Positions 50,927 to 64,000 of a stretch of DNA of 64,000 bases are shown piece by piece. Every line of letters begins with the position of its first letter. Position 1 is the first letter of the stretch. The notes under the pieces were generated by a model. That model was not told where the DNA came from. It did not search any database and was given only the letters and a program-made list of their open reading frames with translations. A program made the position numbers and the translations under genes. The DNA is from Octopus sinensis (taxonomy: Eukaryota), in assembly GCF_006345805.1 (NCBI RefSeq), contig NC_043002.1, positions 83,638,001-83,702,000 on the forward strand, read 5' to 3'.

Positions 50927-52251
50927 TGTGTGTGTATATCTTCTTATATGGAATATATTTTAACCGGTTATCTGCTTGAGGGCAAGGTTGTAGAAAAAGA
51001 TATATATAGGAAATTCTTGTAGATTTATATTTTGCAAGATACCGTGATCATTTTTAACGTCTTTATATGTATGTCTTTATGTATGCATATATGTATGTAT
51101 TCGAGAATAAATGTATGTATATGTATAGATGATTGTATGTATGAATGTATGTATGCATGTATGTATGTACATATGCATATGTGAATGCATGTACGTGTGC
51201 GTGTATACATATTATGTATTATCCTTTTTAATGATTCTGGTTCTAATGCTTATATTAACTGACAATGGAAAGATATTAAAACAATGTATATATCCAACGT
51301 TGACACGGTTTTTTCCTTATCCTTTGCGCACTCATATCTTAATTCTTAAGAATTTCCGTAACTTAGATTTGTTCCTTCGCTAGACGCTTTTTATCTTTTG
51401 TGTAGAAGGTACTTAGCCATTATTTCTTACTCCAAAATTACTTGGCGGTAACTTCAAGGTGATATTGTATACTAATTCATTATTACCTTAGAAGAGGTTT
51501 TAGTATAATTAATCCTTATATGGCCTCAGTTTTTGTTTCAAGTACTCGTTCGCAATCTTCTCAGTGAGTTGCCCGTTTTCATTATGCTTTAGTGCAGGGG
51601 TGGGGAAACTTCTTAGTGCAGTGGGTTAAAATATCTAAAAAAAAAAAAAGTCCGCTGGCGGATCACAAGTTCTAACTCTTATATCTGTGTAAATCTTGTA
51701 TATATCTATGTATAATTTGATATATATTAATAAAGCTAAGTCTAACACATTAAATTAACGCGTAACAGCTTCATTAACGCCGCCACTGAATTTAGGACGT
51801 TTATATTACCTATGAGGTATTCTTTATTTTTCCGCTAGAGTGTAGTTGGGTCTCAAGGGGGGGGGGGGTGCAAACATAGCACTATGTGTATCATGTGATC
51901 GAGCAGACAATTGGATTTTCTTATACATCTCTGGTCACACTACGCTTTGTATCGTTTTCTCTTACAAATGATACCACCCCGCTGGCTAGGCATTAAGCCC
52001 ATAATCCCCACTGAATGGAAAGTCAGTCTGTCGCAGGGTTGCCCATTTACAGCTGAGGGGATTGGAACAATGTAAAATGAAGTGTCTTGCTGAAGGAGAC
52101 AATGTGTCACCAGTCTGGGAATCGAAAACGCAATCTTGTGATATGGAGTACAACACTCTAATCACTACGCCACGCGCCTTACATTTATTTGTATATACAT
52201 ATATGTGCGTGCGCGCGTGCATGTGTGTGTATGTGTACATATACATATATA

Positions 52252-52486
52252 CTCTTTCTCTTTTACTCTTTTACTTGTTTCAGTCATTTGACTGCGGCCA
52301 TGCTGGAGAACCGCCTTTAAACGAGCAAATCGACCCCGGGACTTATTCTTTGTAAGCCTAGTACTTATTCTATCGGTACTTATTTTGCCGAACCGCTAAG
52401 TTACGGGGACATAAACACACCAGCATCGGTTGTCAAGTGATGTTGGGAGGACAAACAGACACACAAACATATACACACACATACAT

Positions 52487-52566
<80 letters not shown>

Positions 52567-52747
52567 CATATATATATACATATATACGACGGGTTTCTTT
52601 CAGTTTCCGTCTACCAAATGTACTCACAAGGATTTGGTCAGCCTGAGGCTATAGTCGAAAACACTTGCCCAACATGCCACACAGTGGAACTGAACCCGGA
52701 ACCGTGTGGTTGGTAAGTAGGCTACTTACCACACAGCCACTCCTGCG

Positions 52748-52750
<3 letters not shown>
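52252..52750 (-). mobile_element. SINE family A, full-length
   Basis: Reverse complement of 18843-19253. Confidence 0.88.
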
Positions 52751-52787
<37 letters not shown>

Positions 52788-52800
52788 CACACATGTATGC

Positions 52801-52897
<97 letters not shown>

Positions 52898-53072
52898 GCA
52901 TAAACAGAGTTGGGGGAGTATTCGATATGGGAATTTATTCGTACATAGCTGACTCAGTTTCTACCTTGTGAGTACATTAGCGACGAAATGAGTCATTACC
53001 TTCAAATGAATTCACGTGTGTATTTGGGTGCGGGGGCTGTGTGTGTGTGTGTGTGTGTGTGTGTTGTGTGTG

Positions 53073-53120
<48 letters not shown>

Positions 53121-53593
53121 GTGACTATGCGAATGAGTCGCAACGAATCGAAATAGAATAGGAGAAGGATAAAGAAGAGAAAACAACATTGATTATGTTT
53201 AATAAAAGATGAAGCAGTGAGCTGGCCGAGTCGTTAGCACGCCGGACAAATTGCATTGCGACATTCCTTTCGGCTTTACTTTCTGATTTCAAATGTCGCC
53301 GAGATCAACTTTACTTTTAACCTTTTGGGATCGATGAAATAAATACCCCCGCCCTTGGTAGAAAGGGGTATATTTAATAAAAGATCTGACATAGTTTCAA
53401 GCTATTAAAAAAAGAGAGAGAAGTTATAAAACGGTCAACAAATGGCTGCCGAAATAAAATATTTCATCAAAAACGAATATGAGACATTGAAACAGTTGGT
53501 GTTTTAGAGAGTCATATTCCCAGTAGTATATCATCTATTTACGATAAACAGCCAACCCTCCTGCTCAGTATAATATATAATACAATTGGACAA

Positions 53594-53920
53594 AGGCGCA
53601 GTAGTGGCTCTGTGTTAAGTAGCTTGCTTGCCAACCACACGGTTCCGGGTTCAATCCCATCGTGTGGCACCTTGGGCATGTGTCTTCTACTATAGCCTCG
53701 GGCCGACCAAAGCCTTGTGTGTGGATTTGGAAGACGGAAACTGAAAGAAGCCTATCGTATATATGTATATGTATATATATGTGTGTGTGTTTGTGTGCCT
53801 GTGTTTGTACCCCCAACATCGCTTGACAACCGATGCTGGTGTGTTTACGTCCCCGTAACTTAGCGGTTCGGCAAAAAGAGACCGATAGAATAATTACTAG
53901 GCTTAGAAAGAATAAGTCCT
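53594..53920 (+). mobile_element. SINE family A, 3'-truncated
   Basis: Homologous to 18843-19170. Confidence 0.85.
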
Positions 53921-53930
53921 GAAAGAATAA

Positions 53931-54485
53931 GCACGCCGGGCAAAATGCTTTACGGCATTTCGTCCGTCTTCGCGTCCTGAGTTCAAATTCTGCCGAGGTT
54001 GATTTTGTCTTTCATCCTTTCAGGGTCGATAAATTAAGTACCAGTTACGCACTAGGGTCGAGGTAATCGTTTGTTTGTCCTTGTTTGTACCCTCTGTGTT
54101 TAGACCTTTTTAGGTAGTAAAGAAATAGGTATTTCGTCTGCCGCTACGTTCTGAGCTCAAATTCCGCCGAGGTTGACTTTGCCTTTCATTCTTTCGGGGG
54201 TCGGTTAAATAAGTACCAGTTACGCACTGTGGTCGATATAATCGACTTAATCCGTTTGTCTGTCCTTGTTTGTCCTCTCTGTGTTTAGCCCCTTGTGAGT
54301 AGTAAAGAAATAGGTATTCCGTCTGTCTTAATGTTCTAAGTTTAAATTCCGCCAAGGTCGACTTTTCCTTTCATCCTTTCGAAGTCGATAAAATAAGTAC
54401 CAGCTGAGTACTGGGGTCGATATAATAGACTATCTCCCTCCCACAAATTTCAGACCTTGTGCCTATAGTAGAAAGGATTATTATT
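53931..54485 (+). mobile_element. Head-to-tail SINE B/B1 trimer
   Basis: Junction aaagaaata|ggtatt at 54127/54128 and 54312/54313 (period 185 bp). Confidence 0.85.
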
Positions 54486-54859
54486 GTTGTCTTCTTCTTC
54501 TTCTTCTTCTTCTTCTTCTTCTTCTTCTTCTTCTTCTTCTTCTTCTTCTTCTTCTTCTTCTCCTTCTTCTTTCCATCAGGACTCACGCTATTAGCCACAA
54601 AGAATAATCTCTAATTCGAGCCTACTCTAAGCTACTAAGAATGCGTGTGGGAACTTGAAGATCCACCCATCATACGTTATAGACAGGCGCTTGCACGGGC
54701 GCGAAAGCTACGTTGTTATACTCATTCCGTAAACGGAGGCTTTTAACGGGTGGAGAACTGAACCATCCTGGGGTATGAGAATTCGCAATCTAGACTAGGG
54801 GCTGAAAGTTTACCACATCATAGTGGGTTACACCATGGTTCCTCTGCTTTGTGGCAGAA

Positions 54860-55046
54860 ATAGGAAGAAAGAGCGAGAGAAAGTTGTGATGAAAGAGTAC
54901 AGTGGGGTTCCCCTCCCTCCGCCGAGCCTTGTGGAGCTTAGGTGTTTTTGCTCAATAAACACTCACAATGCCCGGTCTGGGAATCGAAACCGCGTTCTTA
55001 CGACCGCGAGTCCGCTGCCCTAACCACTGGGCCATTGCGCCTCCAC
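54860..55046 (-). mobile_element. SINE family D head with a fourth downstream sequence
   Basis: Family D head. The sequence beyond ctctttcttcct differs from the other three copies. Confidence 0.75.
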
Positions 55047-55834
55047 TGTTGTTGTCGTCGTCGTTGTTATTTGCCTTTTGTCTCTTGCTTAGGGGAGGAA
55101 AAGTAGGCCCCTTCATCCTTTTTTCAGGGACTTCAAAACTGGTAGAAGACAGTGAAAAAAGGTTATCCGAAGACCGAAGACTTGGTTTGAATGGTTACAA
55201 TACAGTGTATTCTATTAAACGCACCCAAGGATCAGTTAAACCGAGTGACAGATCAGAAAAGAATGGTTCTTCTGGAAGCATCCCACACAATTTACCAAAT
55301 TTAATTTACGAGACTTTGATCGACGAAAAATCTATGGTAGAAGACATTTACCTAAAGTGCAGGGGAATGAAATCGAACCCGAAAGCATCTAGTTGCGAAG
55401 CGAATTCCTTAAGCATTCAACCATGCCCTTAACTGTTAGTAACAATCACGTGAGAATAACCGTAGATCATTATAGCTTCAAATATTAAATGCGATGCCAA
55501 AAGCATTATATTAGACTTTTTTTCTATAAAAGTGGGTAAAAAGACCTCTTTACATTTATTTTCTCTCTCCGTTTAGAATATCGGTTTCTAACACTGAAAA
55601 TAAAACATGCTTTTAATATCTCAAGTAACTAAACAGTGCACTCAAACCGCTTTTAGATTTGATAAACGGAGCAGTAGATATGCATTATGACATTATAAAT
55701 GTCACATTGTCATCATCATTTTCACTTTAAATAATTCGGTATGAATTTGATATTAGGAGAATAAATTCAATGATTTTAGATAATTTCTGAGAAAAGATTT
55801 CATTTTCATGTAGCAATAGGTTGTGTGTGTGTGC

Positions 55835-55930
<96 letters not shown>

Positions 55931-56562
55931 GTGTGAGTATGCATATGTGCGCGCGTGTATATATGAGTGTGTTTTTAGCAAAAGTCTAATCCATCAAATC
56001 TCTCGTAATTCTAGCTTTAATCTTGAATTTAATACATAACTTTCTTTTATATTCTGTATATCGACGACAACCGACAGAGATTAGTGCTTTTAGTTTCCCA
56101 AATGATTTCAGGTGGAACTAGCAGACAATTATAAAGTGCATACATAAAAGAATATATGCAGACATTGTAAATAGCATACGGTAACGAAGTGCATTTATGA
56201 TGGTATACGCGGATTGTTGCTAAAACGTATCCAAGAAATATACCTCTTTTTCCCTATCAATATTTATGCCTTTATAAGGTGACGAGCTGGATAAAACGTT
56301 AGCACGCCAGACAAAATGCTTAGTAGCATCTCGTCCGTCTTTACGTTCTGAGTTCAAATTTCGCCGAGGTCGACTTTGCCTTTCATCCCTTTCAGGGTCT
56401 ATAAAATAAGTACCAGTTGAGTACTGAGGTCGATGCAATCGACTTACCTCTTCCTCGAAATTCTTGGCTTCGTACCGAAATTTGAAACGAAGATTTATAT
56501 CTTTATACGAAATTCTCTGGTGAGCAGTTGGAAGTTATAAGCATAATTTGGGGAACTAAATT

Positions 56563-56667
56563 TGAAATAGGAATTAAAAGAATGAATACGTTATAAAGAT
56601 TTTTTGCATTAGATTTTAATGCAATAAAAATCTTTATAACATATTCAGTCTTTTAATTACTATTTCA
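56563..56667. repeat. Near-perfect AT-rich hairpin (~50-bp arms, 5-nt loop)
   Basis: tgaaataggaattaaaagaatgaatacgttataaagattttttgcatta-gattt-taatgcaataaaaatctttataacatattcagtcttttaattactatttca. Confidence 0.85.
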
Positions 56668-56771
56668 TGATTAAAACATGGTTCGATTAGTTAAGTAAAT
56701 GGAGGCTGATTTAGCTCTGGTATTCAACACCTAAGAAAACTACAATAACACTCGGAGTAAATTACATTATA

Positions 56772-57000
56772 AACTATTATATAAAATATGTTCTGTCTGC
56801 CTGTCTGTGTGCCTTCTAGGATCTCGGGCATCCCCCATCCGATTGCGCTCAAATTTGATATGTAGATACCGACGGTATCAGGGCGTGTATAAGTCTTGAA
56901 AAAAAATTACAAAAATCGATTCCAGGTGAGAATGCGATCGATAAAGCCGTGGGAAAATTAGTGTTTCTCAAAGGGGAGGCCTATGGGACGGTCGGACAAG
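56772..57000 (+). mobile_element. Helitron-like 5' fragment
   Basis: ctattatataaaat followed by ctgt repeats and ccgattgcgctcaaattt, an architecture common in non-autonomous Helitrons. No 3' end seen. Confidence 0.4.
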
Positions 57001-58108
57001 TTGTTTTGAGGAAATTTGGTTTAAATGTTTAACAACTCAACACCATCCATTGGACGGGGGGCGTTTTGCTCGTAAAAGATAAATTTATGACAGTAGTTAA
57101 GCTATTACACATTTAGTGACAGAAATTATTACATTATAGAATTATAACATTATGCACAATTTCTTAAGATGGTGAGCTTGCAGAACCGTTAGCATATCGG
57201 ATTAAAAGGCTTAGCAGCATTTCGTTTGTCTTCACACTCTGAGTTCAAATTCAGTCGAACTCGTCTTTTCGGGGTCGATACAATAAGTACCAGTTGAGCA
57301 CCGAGGTCCTTATAATTGACTAGTTCCTTTCCCCAGAATTTCAGGTCTTGTGCCAATAGTAGAAAGAATTATAAACAATCTCTTAATACGCATTTTCTCT
57401 CTCCCTTAATAGTTTATAAGGTGGCGAGCCGGCAGATTCGTTAGCACACCGGGCAAGATGCTTAGCGGCTTTTGTCCGCCATTATGTTCTGAGTTCGAAT
57501 TCCCACAAGGTCCACTTCGCTTTCATTGTTTAAGGGTTGAAAAATACCAATTGAACACTGGGTTCGATGTGGTCGACTTACCCCTCCCACGAACTTGCTG
57601 GCCTTGTTCCAAAATCGGAAACTAATATTTGTGAGGCAAAAGTTTCAGCACAGCAAATAAAACATTGAATCTTTCGTATGTAGAGATAAACGAGTAAACC
57701 CCCAAACTGTTTTCTTGTTTAACAAAGATTAACAAATTAATTAAAACCATTAATTACACAATCGTTAAGTGTACAGCTTGATTTCATAAGATTTTGAAGT
57801 TAGAATAAACCGGGAAACTTCCGAGTATTTTTTCTTTCTTTTTTTTTTCCATTTTTACCTCTTTGCCACATCAATAGATTTTAGTGTATATTTCTCTCTC
57901 CCTCTTCTCCCCTCTCTCCCCCTCTCCCCCCTCTCTCTCTCCCACCTCATTATCGATTTTGAAACTGGTGCCAGACAGTGCATGCGGTGCTGTTATGCCA
58001 CGTAGACGGAGACCAAATGTAGGAAAGCAAGTCGTTCTGCTCTACCACCGTAAAAAGAAAGGCAAACAGGAAAGACGCTGATTTATTTTTAGCTCTCACG
58101 CACGCACA

Positions 58109-58204
<96 letters not shown>

Positions 58205-58568
58205 CGCATGCACACATACACACATGCACACAGAGAAATTTCTTTAACTAATGTGGAATTTATAGATTATTTGGCTGTTGTTGAAATACATTCAACTGAC
58301 ACTAAATAATCACGTGGGGGTGAAGTAACATTGTTTTAAAGATTTTCTCTCTAAATATTGGCAGACGATAAAGCGTTACCTTGAAGTGGTCGTTACTCTT
58401 TGGTTGCGCTGCGAGATGCGTCTCGGAAATAATGTAAATTATATTTCTAAAAAAATATGAAATGCATGAAATGAAATTCTTAACAAAACTGCATTGATAA
58501 ATGTTTCATTTCTTCAAAAAACAATAGTTAATAATTTAGCATAGCTTAAAACATTATATATACAGGCG

Positions 58569-58627
<59 letters not shown>

Positions 58628-58967
58628 ACACATACACACACACACTCGCACACAAATACACACACACACACATACACACACACTCGCACACAAACACACA
58701 CACACAGACACACACACACACGCACATATACACACACACATTCACACACACACTCGCACACAAACACACACACACAGAACACACACACACACACACACAG
58801 ACACACACACACACATACACACACACATATATATATATATCGGATTCTCCACGGAAACTGCAGTGTATTTATTTGCCTTTAACATTTGAAACATGTGACA
58901 ACTATATTTCAACTAACCTACAATGTAATTATACACACAACACAACACACCACCCACACACACACAC

Positions 58968-59008
<41 letters not shown>

Positions 59009-59182
59009 ATGCATACACAGGCATATTTAGTATTTGTTATATTATATATATATATATATTATATATATATAGCCAGATAACGAAATAGCCAGATAACGAA
59101 GAGATGGTGTTGTGGATTTCCACTTCGCATCTGAAACTCAGAGTTATTATCTTGACTACCGAGTAATATAACATATTGTATA

Positions 59183-59236
<54 letters not shown>

Positions 59237-59298
59237 GTGTATATATATACTTATTCACATATATATGTACTTATAACTACACACTCACACACACACAC

Positions 59299-59334
<36 letters not shown>

Positions 59335-59372
59335 TTAATAAATAGATGCGAGATTTATAAATAGTTTATATA

Positions 59373-59899
59373 CGAGGGGAAGTCAAAGATTATCCGCACT
59401 TTCGCCATATCATATCTTTATAATTGCCACACTGCCTTCGGCGCATGCGTGCTTATATTTGGTACTAATGCGGTCACATGATCGAAATTACGCAAGTGAT
59501 CTGAGAAATGCTGTGGGTGAACCGGTTCACCGTTACCATCTCTCGAGTTTGCTGAATCTTCTTATCAGTGGTGGAGGTTGACGGGCGGCCTGCTCCCACA
59601 TCATACGTCACGTTTGTTCCCTGTATTGTGCTAAAAGCCTCCGTTGAATTCCAGAATCTGACACACCTTCCGACCAGAGAAATCGGGTCATGGCTCTTTG
59701 TTCTTCTTTGGTGCGCATTGCTTAGTGGAGCGGCCGTGCTTACACTGTAAAGCCAGTAAGAAAAATGGCGCAATCAGGCTCAAACTTTGATCGCGTGACC
59801 ACAATAGCACCAACTTTAAGCACGCATGCGCAGAAGCCAGTGTGACAATAATAAAGATATGTTATGGCGAAAGAGCGGATAATTTTTTACTTTCCCTCG
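59373..59899 (-). mobile_element. Internally deleted mariner element
   Basis: TA TSD (59371-72, 59900-01) and ~110-bp TIRs starting cgagggga. Internal minus-strand remnant GTNVTYDVGAGRPSTSTTDKKIQQTREMV resembles the mariner HTH linker (GRP). Confidence 0.85.
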
Positions 59900-60339
59900 T
59901 ATCTATAGTATCTGAAATGTTTATTGACAACAGCATAACTTTCATGTTCCAGAGAAGACTTGGTTTCGATCAGGCCGTGATCTCCTCACCTCCTTAAATT
60001 TCATGTTGCATAGTTCAATTACCACCAAATAGCCAACGATAGTTTAAATATCTTTCCTGTAATATGAAACTTAAATTGTCAGCCTAGCATTTAACACACA
60101 ACGTAAAATACGTGCGTGCGTATATGCATGTGTGTGTGTGAGTGTGTGCGTGCGTGCGCTAGTTTGAGTGTGTATGTGTGTGCTTGCGTGCGGGATTCTT
60201 ATAATTTGTGACAGACCGAATCCCGGAATTAGAAGTCGTACTTTACAAATTGCGCAAGCACCGAATTACACAATCTGGAGGTTACCCTGATGCGGAGTAT
60301 GCCTATCTACATGCATACATACACACACGCGCTCGAAGG

Positions 60340-60377
<38 letters not shown>

Positions 60378-60618
60378 ATAATAATAACAATGATAATCCT
60401 TTCTATTATAGGCACAAGGCCTGACATTTTGTGGGAGGGAAGTTACTTAATTTGTCGACCCCGAAAGGATGAAAAGCAAAGTCGACAGAATTTGAACTCA
60501 AAACGTAAGGACGGACGAAATACCGCAAAGCATTTTGCCCAGTGTGCTAACGATTCTGTCAGCTCGCGGACTTAGTAATACTACTACTACTACTACTAAT
60601 AATAATAATAATAAAATA

Positions 60619-60651
<33 letters not shown>

Positions 60652-60677
60652 TAATAATAATAACAATAATAATAATA

Positions 60678-60893
60678 ATCTTTTCTACTGGAAGCACAAA
60701 GCCTCAAATTTTGGGGAAGTGATTAAGTCGATTATATCGACCCCTTTGTGTAACTGGTACTTATTTAATCGACCCCAAAAAGATGAAAGGCAAAGTTGAC
60801 CCCGGCGACATTTGAACTCAAAACGTAGCGATGAGCGAAATACCGCTAATCATTTCGTCTGACGTGCTAACGATTCTGCCAGCGCGCCGCCTT
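60678..60893 (-). mobile_element. SINE family B inside an (AAT)n tract
   Basis: Reverse-complement homolog. A second, deleted copy lies at 60400-60570. Confidence 0.8.
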
Positions 60894-61239
60894 CATAATA
60901 ATAATAATAATAATATAATATAATAATAATAATTAATAATAATAATCTCATCATCATCATCATCATCATCTTTGAAAGGAATTTATAAATATTTTAATGC
61001 ATCACTACCCGCGTTTCTACAACTCACATGTTTCTTATGATCATAGTCCGTATTTCTGGCATGATTACAGTACAGTGCGTAGTATCAGGTACATCATGTT
61101 CATGCATTTATCGCTTCGGGCGATATGGCATTAACGGATATTTATATGAGCGTCTTTATCAAAACACACACACCACACACCACACACACACGCACGCATG
61201 TATATAGCTGTTGGTTTGTTTATCATTATTATATAATAT

Positions 61240-61295
<56 letters not shown>

Positions 61296-61301
61296 TATAT
61301 A

Positions 61302-61344
<43 letters not shown>

Positions 61345-62008
61345 ATATATTATCTTGTTTATGTATAACATGCTAACATGCACACCTAGATTATATAAGG
61401 GCTGCAATGAATGGCTTTCATGCTATAATATCGATAATGCACCATCCCGTCTTTTTCATTCTGGATCCCAAATCATATAATTATTATGCAATGTGTCCTT
61501 CCTTTTCATTGGACGGTAGAATGTGTTATGAGCAAAATATTTGACTGTTACTTCTAATATGTCAAACAAGTAGGTAGGCTACTCAATGTACATGCTTGGC
61601 TAAACATGAAATTAACAAAAAACTGAACTTTAAATGTTGAATGACTGCTTTAACTTGTTAACAATAGCACTAGCAACATCGAAACCAAGCCTGTCTACTT
61701 GGCAGTGCCTTGCACCATCGTTGAGCACTGTTTTGTGCTGCAATTGTACCGTTTTTGAAGCAACTCCGACTTCGGCTGCAGCTATTGTTGTTGCTGTTAG
61801 TTCTTGTAAGATTTTAAATTATAGTTCTGCCTGCAGTTCCAGAGATGAGAGCTCAAAATGGCTAAATTAAACGGTTACACACACACACACACACAACACA
61901 CGCGCGCGCGCGCACACACAACACAATATATATATATTATATATATATTAATATATATATATATATATATATATTGGCTAAACTGGCAAAATGACCATTC
62001 CGAAATAT

Positions 62009-62050
<42 letters not shown>

Positions 62051-62415
62051 GTATATATATACGACGGGCTTCTTTCAGTTTCCGCCTACAAAATCCACTC
62101 ACAAGGCTTTGGTGGCCCGAGGCATATAGTAGAAGACACTTGCCCAAGGTGCCACGCAGTGGGACTGAATCCAGAACCATGTGGTTGCTATGCGAACTAC
62201 TTACCACACAGCCACTCCTCAATATGTAGGGCTAATGTGAACTTCTTAAAGCAATAAGGATTGCGGTGGGGTGATTTGAGGGCGATGTGGTTGTAAAAGC
62301 TCCATTATTTGGCTCATTAAGATCATTGATATTTTTGATTGTGTTATTGTTATTGTTTCCCCGTTGAGCAGACCTACGACCTAATGAATTCCCGTCTTCA
62401 TAGGGTCATCTAGGA

Positions 62416-62734
62416 TTTTTCGGAGACCCCCCCTTCGGTCAGGAATGACCATGTGATTGCACATAGAAAGTTACCCTCCGAGGCACAAGTCCGGGCAAGG
62501 TTGTTTTGTGGAAGGCCAGCAGTTGCCCATGCATACCAGGCTTCCCTCTCCACACCACTGATGTTATCCAAGGGAAAGGCAAAAGGCAACTCATTTCTAC
62601 AGCTGAGTTAACTGGAGCAACGTGAATTAAAGTGTCTTGTTCAAGAACACGACACGCAGCCTGGTCCGGGAATCGAACTCACAACCTCACGATCGTATGT
62701 TCGACGCTCTAACCACTGAGCCATGCGCCTTCAC
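62416..62734 (-). mobile_element. SINE family C with TSD
   Basis: Homologous to 26618-26955. atctagga is duplicated at both ends. Confidence 0.85.
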
Positions 62735-64000
62735 ATCTAGGACTACATTCTTCTATATGTCCCTTTTTTTTCAAGATAAAGAGCGTTGACTCCTTTTTCT
62801 GAAGAATTTAGTTGATGTTTCTAACACGTCAATCGACCATACTGAGGCTCCTTCGTGACCTTGAGCTGTTGATGGTGAAGGTGTTGCATATAAACTGAAG
62901 TAGTCACGATTTCAGCTCCAGACAACATTACATAAAGTGAAAAAAAAAATTAAATATTAAAAATAAAGTTAAAATAGAATTGAAAAGGTTATATTTTATA
63001 TTATTTTTATGTCATCCAAAGTTTCGGTTGAGCAAGATTTATTGTAAACGACGCAGTCGCTTTATTTTCTTTATTTTTAAAGTTTACGTGCAAGAACATT
63101 AAGTTTGTTTTGTTGTTGTTGTTGTTGTTGCTGTTGTTGCTGTTATTGTTGTCTTTTTTAACAATAGATTTGAAATCACAGTCCGGCAATATTGTACTTT
63201 GACTGACTTGCTTGACAACTTCTTTATCGTTGCAGAAGCAATTGTTAATCGCTGGCTCAATTCACTCAGCCATAAATATGTAACATTATATAAACTGCGG
63301 GAGTGCTTAGTGGTGGTGGTGGTGGTGGTGGTGGTTGGAGGTTTCATACTCGAGGACACAGTTAAAACCAGGACTGATAAAGGCCTGGAATGAAAATACA
63401 GCTTTGCATTTACTTCGTCTGGCATTCCAATGACCTTGCCGATTAGCCGCGTAGAATTGATCTATTTTTATTGATTTATGTATACAAGCACAAGAGACTG
63501 AATTATTATTGTTTTTCTTGTTACTTCTGATTGTTGCTGTTGTTGTTGTTGTTGTTATTGTTGTTTTGCCCCATTCAGCGTTCATTGACCAAGGCTTTAA
63601 TCAAGAGAATTTCTACTACGACCATCCTATCTTTGCAAATACTGATAAGGCACAGAAAGTGTGTCAATAGCCAACTGGAGGAGATGTCCTCCTGGTGCTA
63701 CAAGCAACAGTAGCATCAACCCTTAAGGGTTAGCCACATTTAAGTGGCAAATATACTTCACGTTGTCTTGCAGCTATTGTTTATACCTTGCTCAGAGATT
63801 TATTATAGCATCCTATCTTTTTATCTTTTTTTATCTTAGCCTATTGTTCGATTTAACACCAGCATTTGATCCTTAGTTGCCTACACAGAGTTCACTCTGT
63901 TAGCAGCTTTTGCGTCCGGTTTCCCATTTTTGGATAGCTTCCTTTCTTCTTTATTTACCAAAACTCAGAGACCCAGGCGAACCGAATCGCATTTTCATTT

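Noticed and set aside
61634-63585. Short ORFs in unique-looking sequence near the window end
   Set aside because: No recognisable domain, low-complexity runs and no convincing splice structure. Not reported as CDS.

Overview
This is AT-rich, microsatellite-dense eukaryotic DNA, intergenic or intronic. The repeat families look to me like those of Octopus (inferred from pattern recognition, not a database search). I can support no host protein-coding gene; most ORF-track entries are translations of (TA)n/(CA)n/(TACA)n tracts or SINEs. The window is a mosaic of at least four tRNA-derived SINE families, LINE remnants (CR1, two R4/Dong-like RLE elements, CRE-like, RTE), Helitrons and MITEs (Tc1/mariner, piggyBac, GG-terminal with 8-bp TSD), with a 100-N gap at 38249-38348. 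Two observations stand out. (1) At least five unrelated short non-coding element families carry type I hammerhead ribozyme motifs: a canonical GUC-cleaving one at 22124-22192 (-), a tRNA-headed SINE/hammerhead chimera in a head-to-head palindrome at 19258-19803, and core variants at 3938 and 40699. They suggest a Penelope-mobilised or retrozyme-like system. (2) Two divergent ORF1-only L1/Tx1-like elements lie in tandem at 34103-36740, separated and flanked by three copies of one 15-bp target duplication. They share their 3' tail with a SINE that forms head-to-tail self-insertions.
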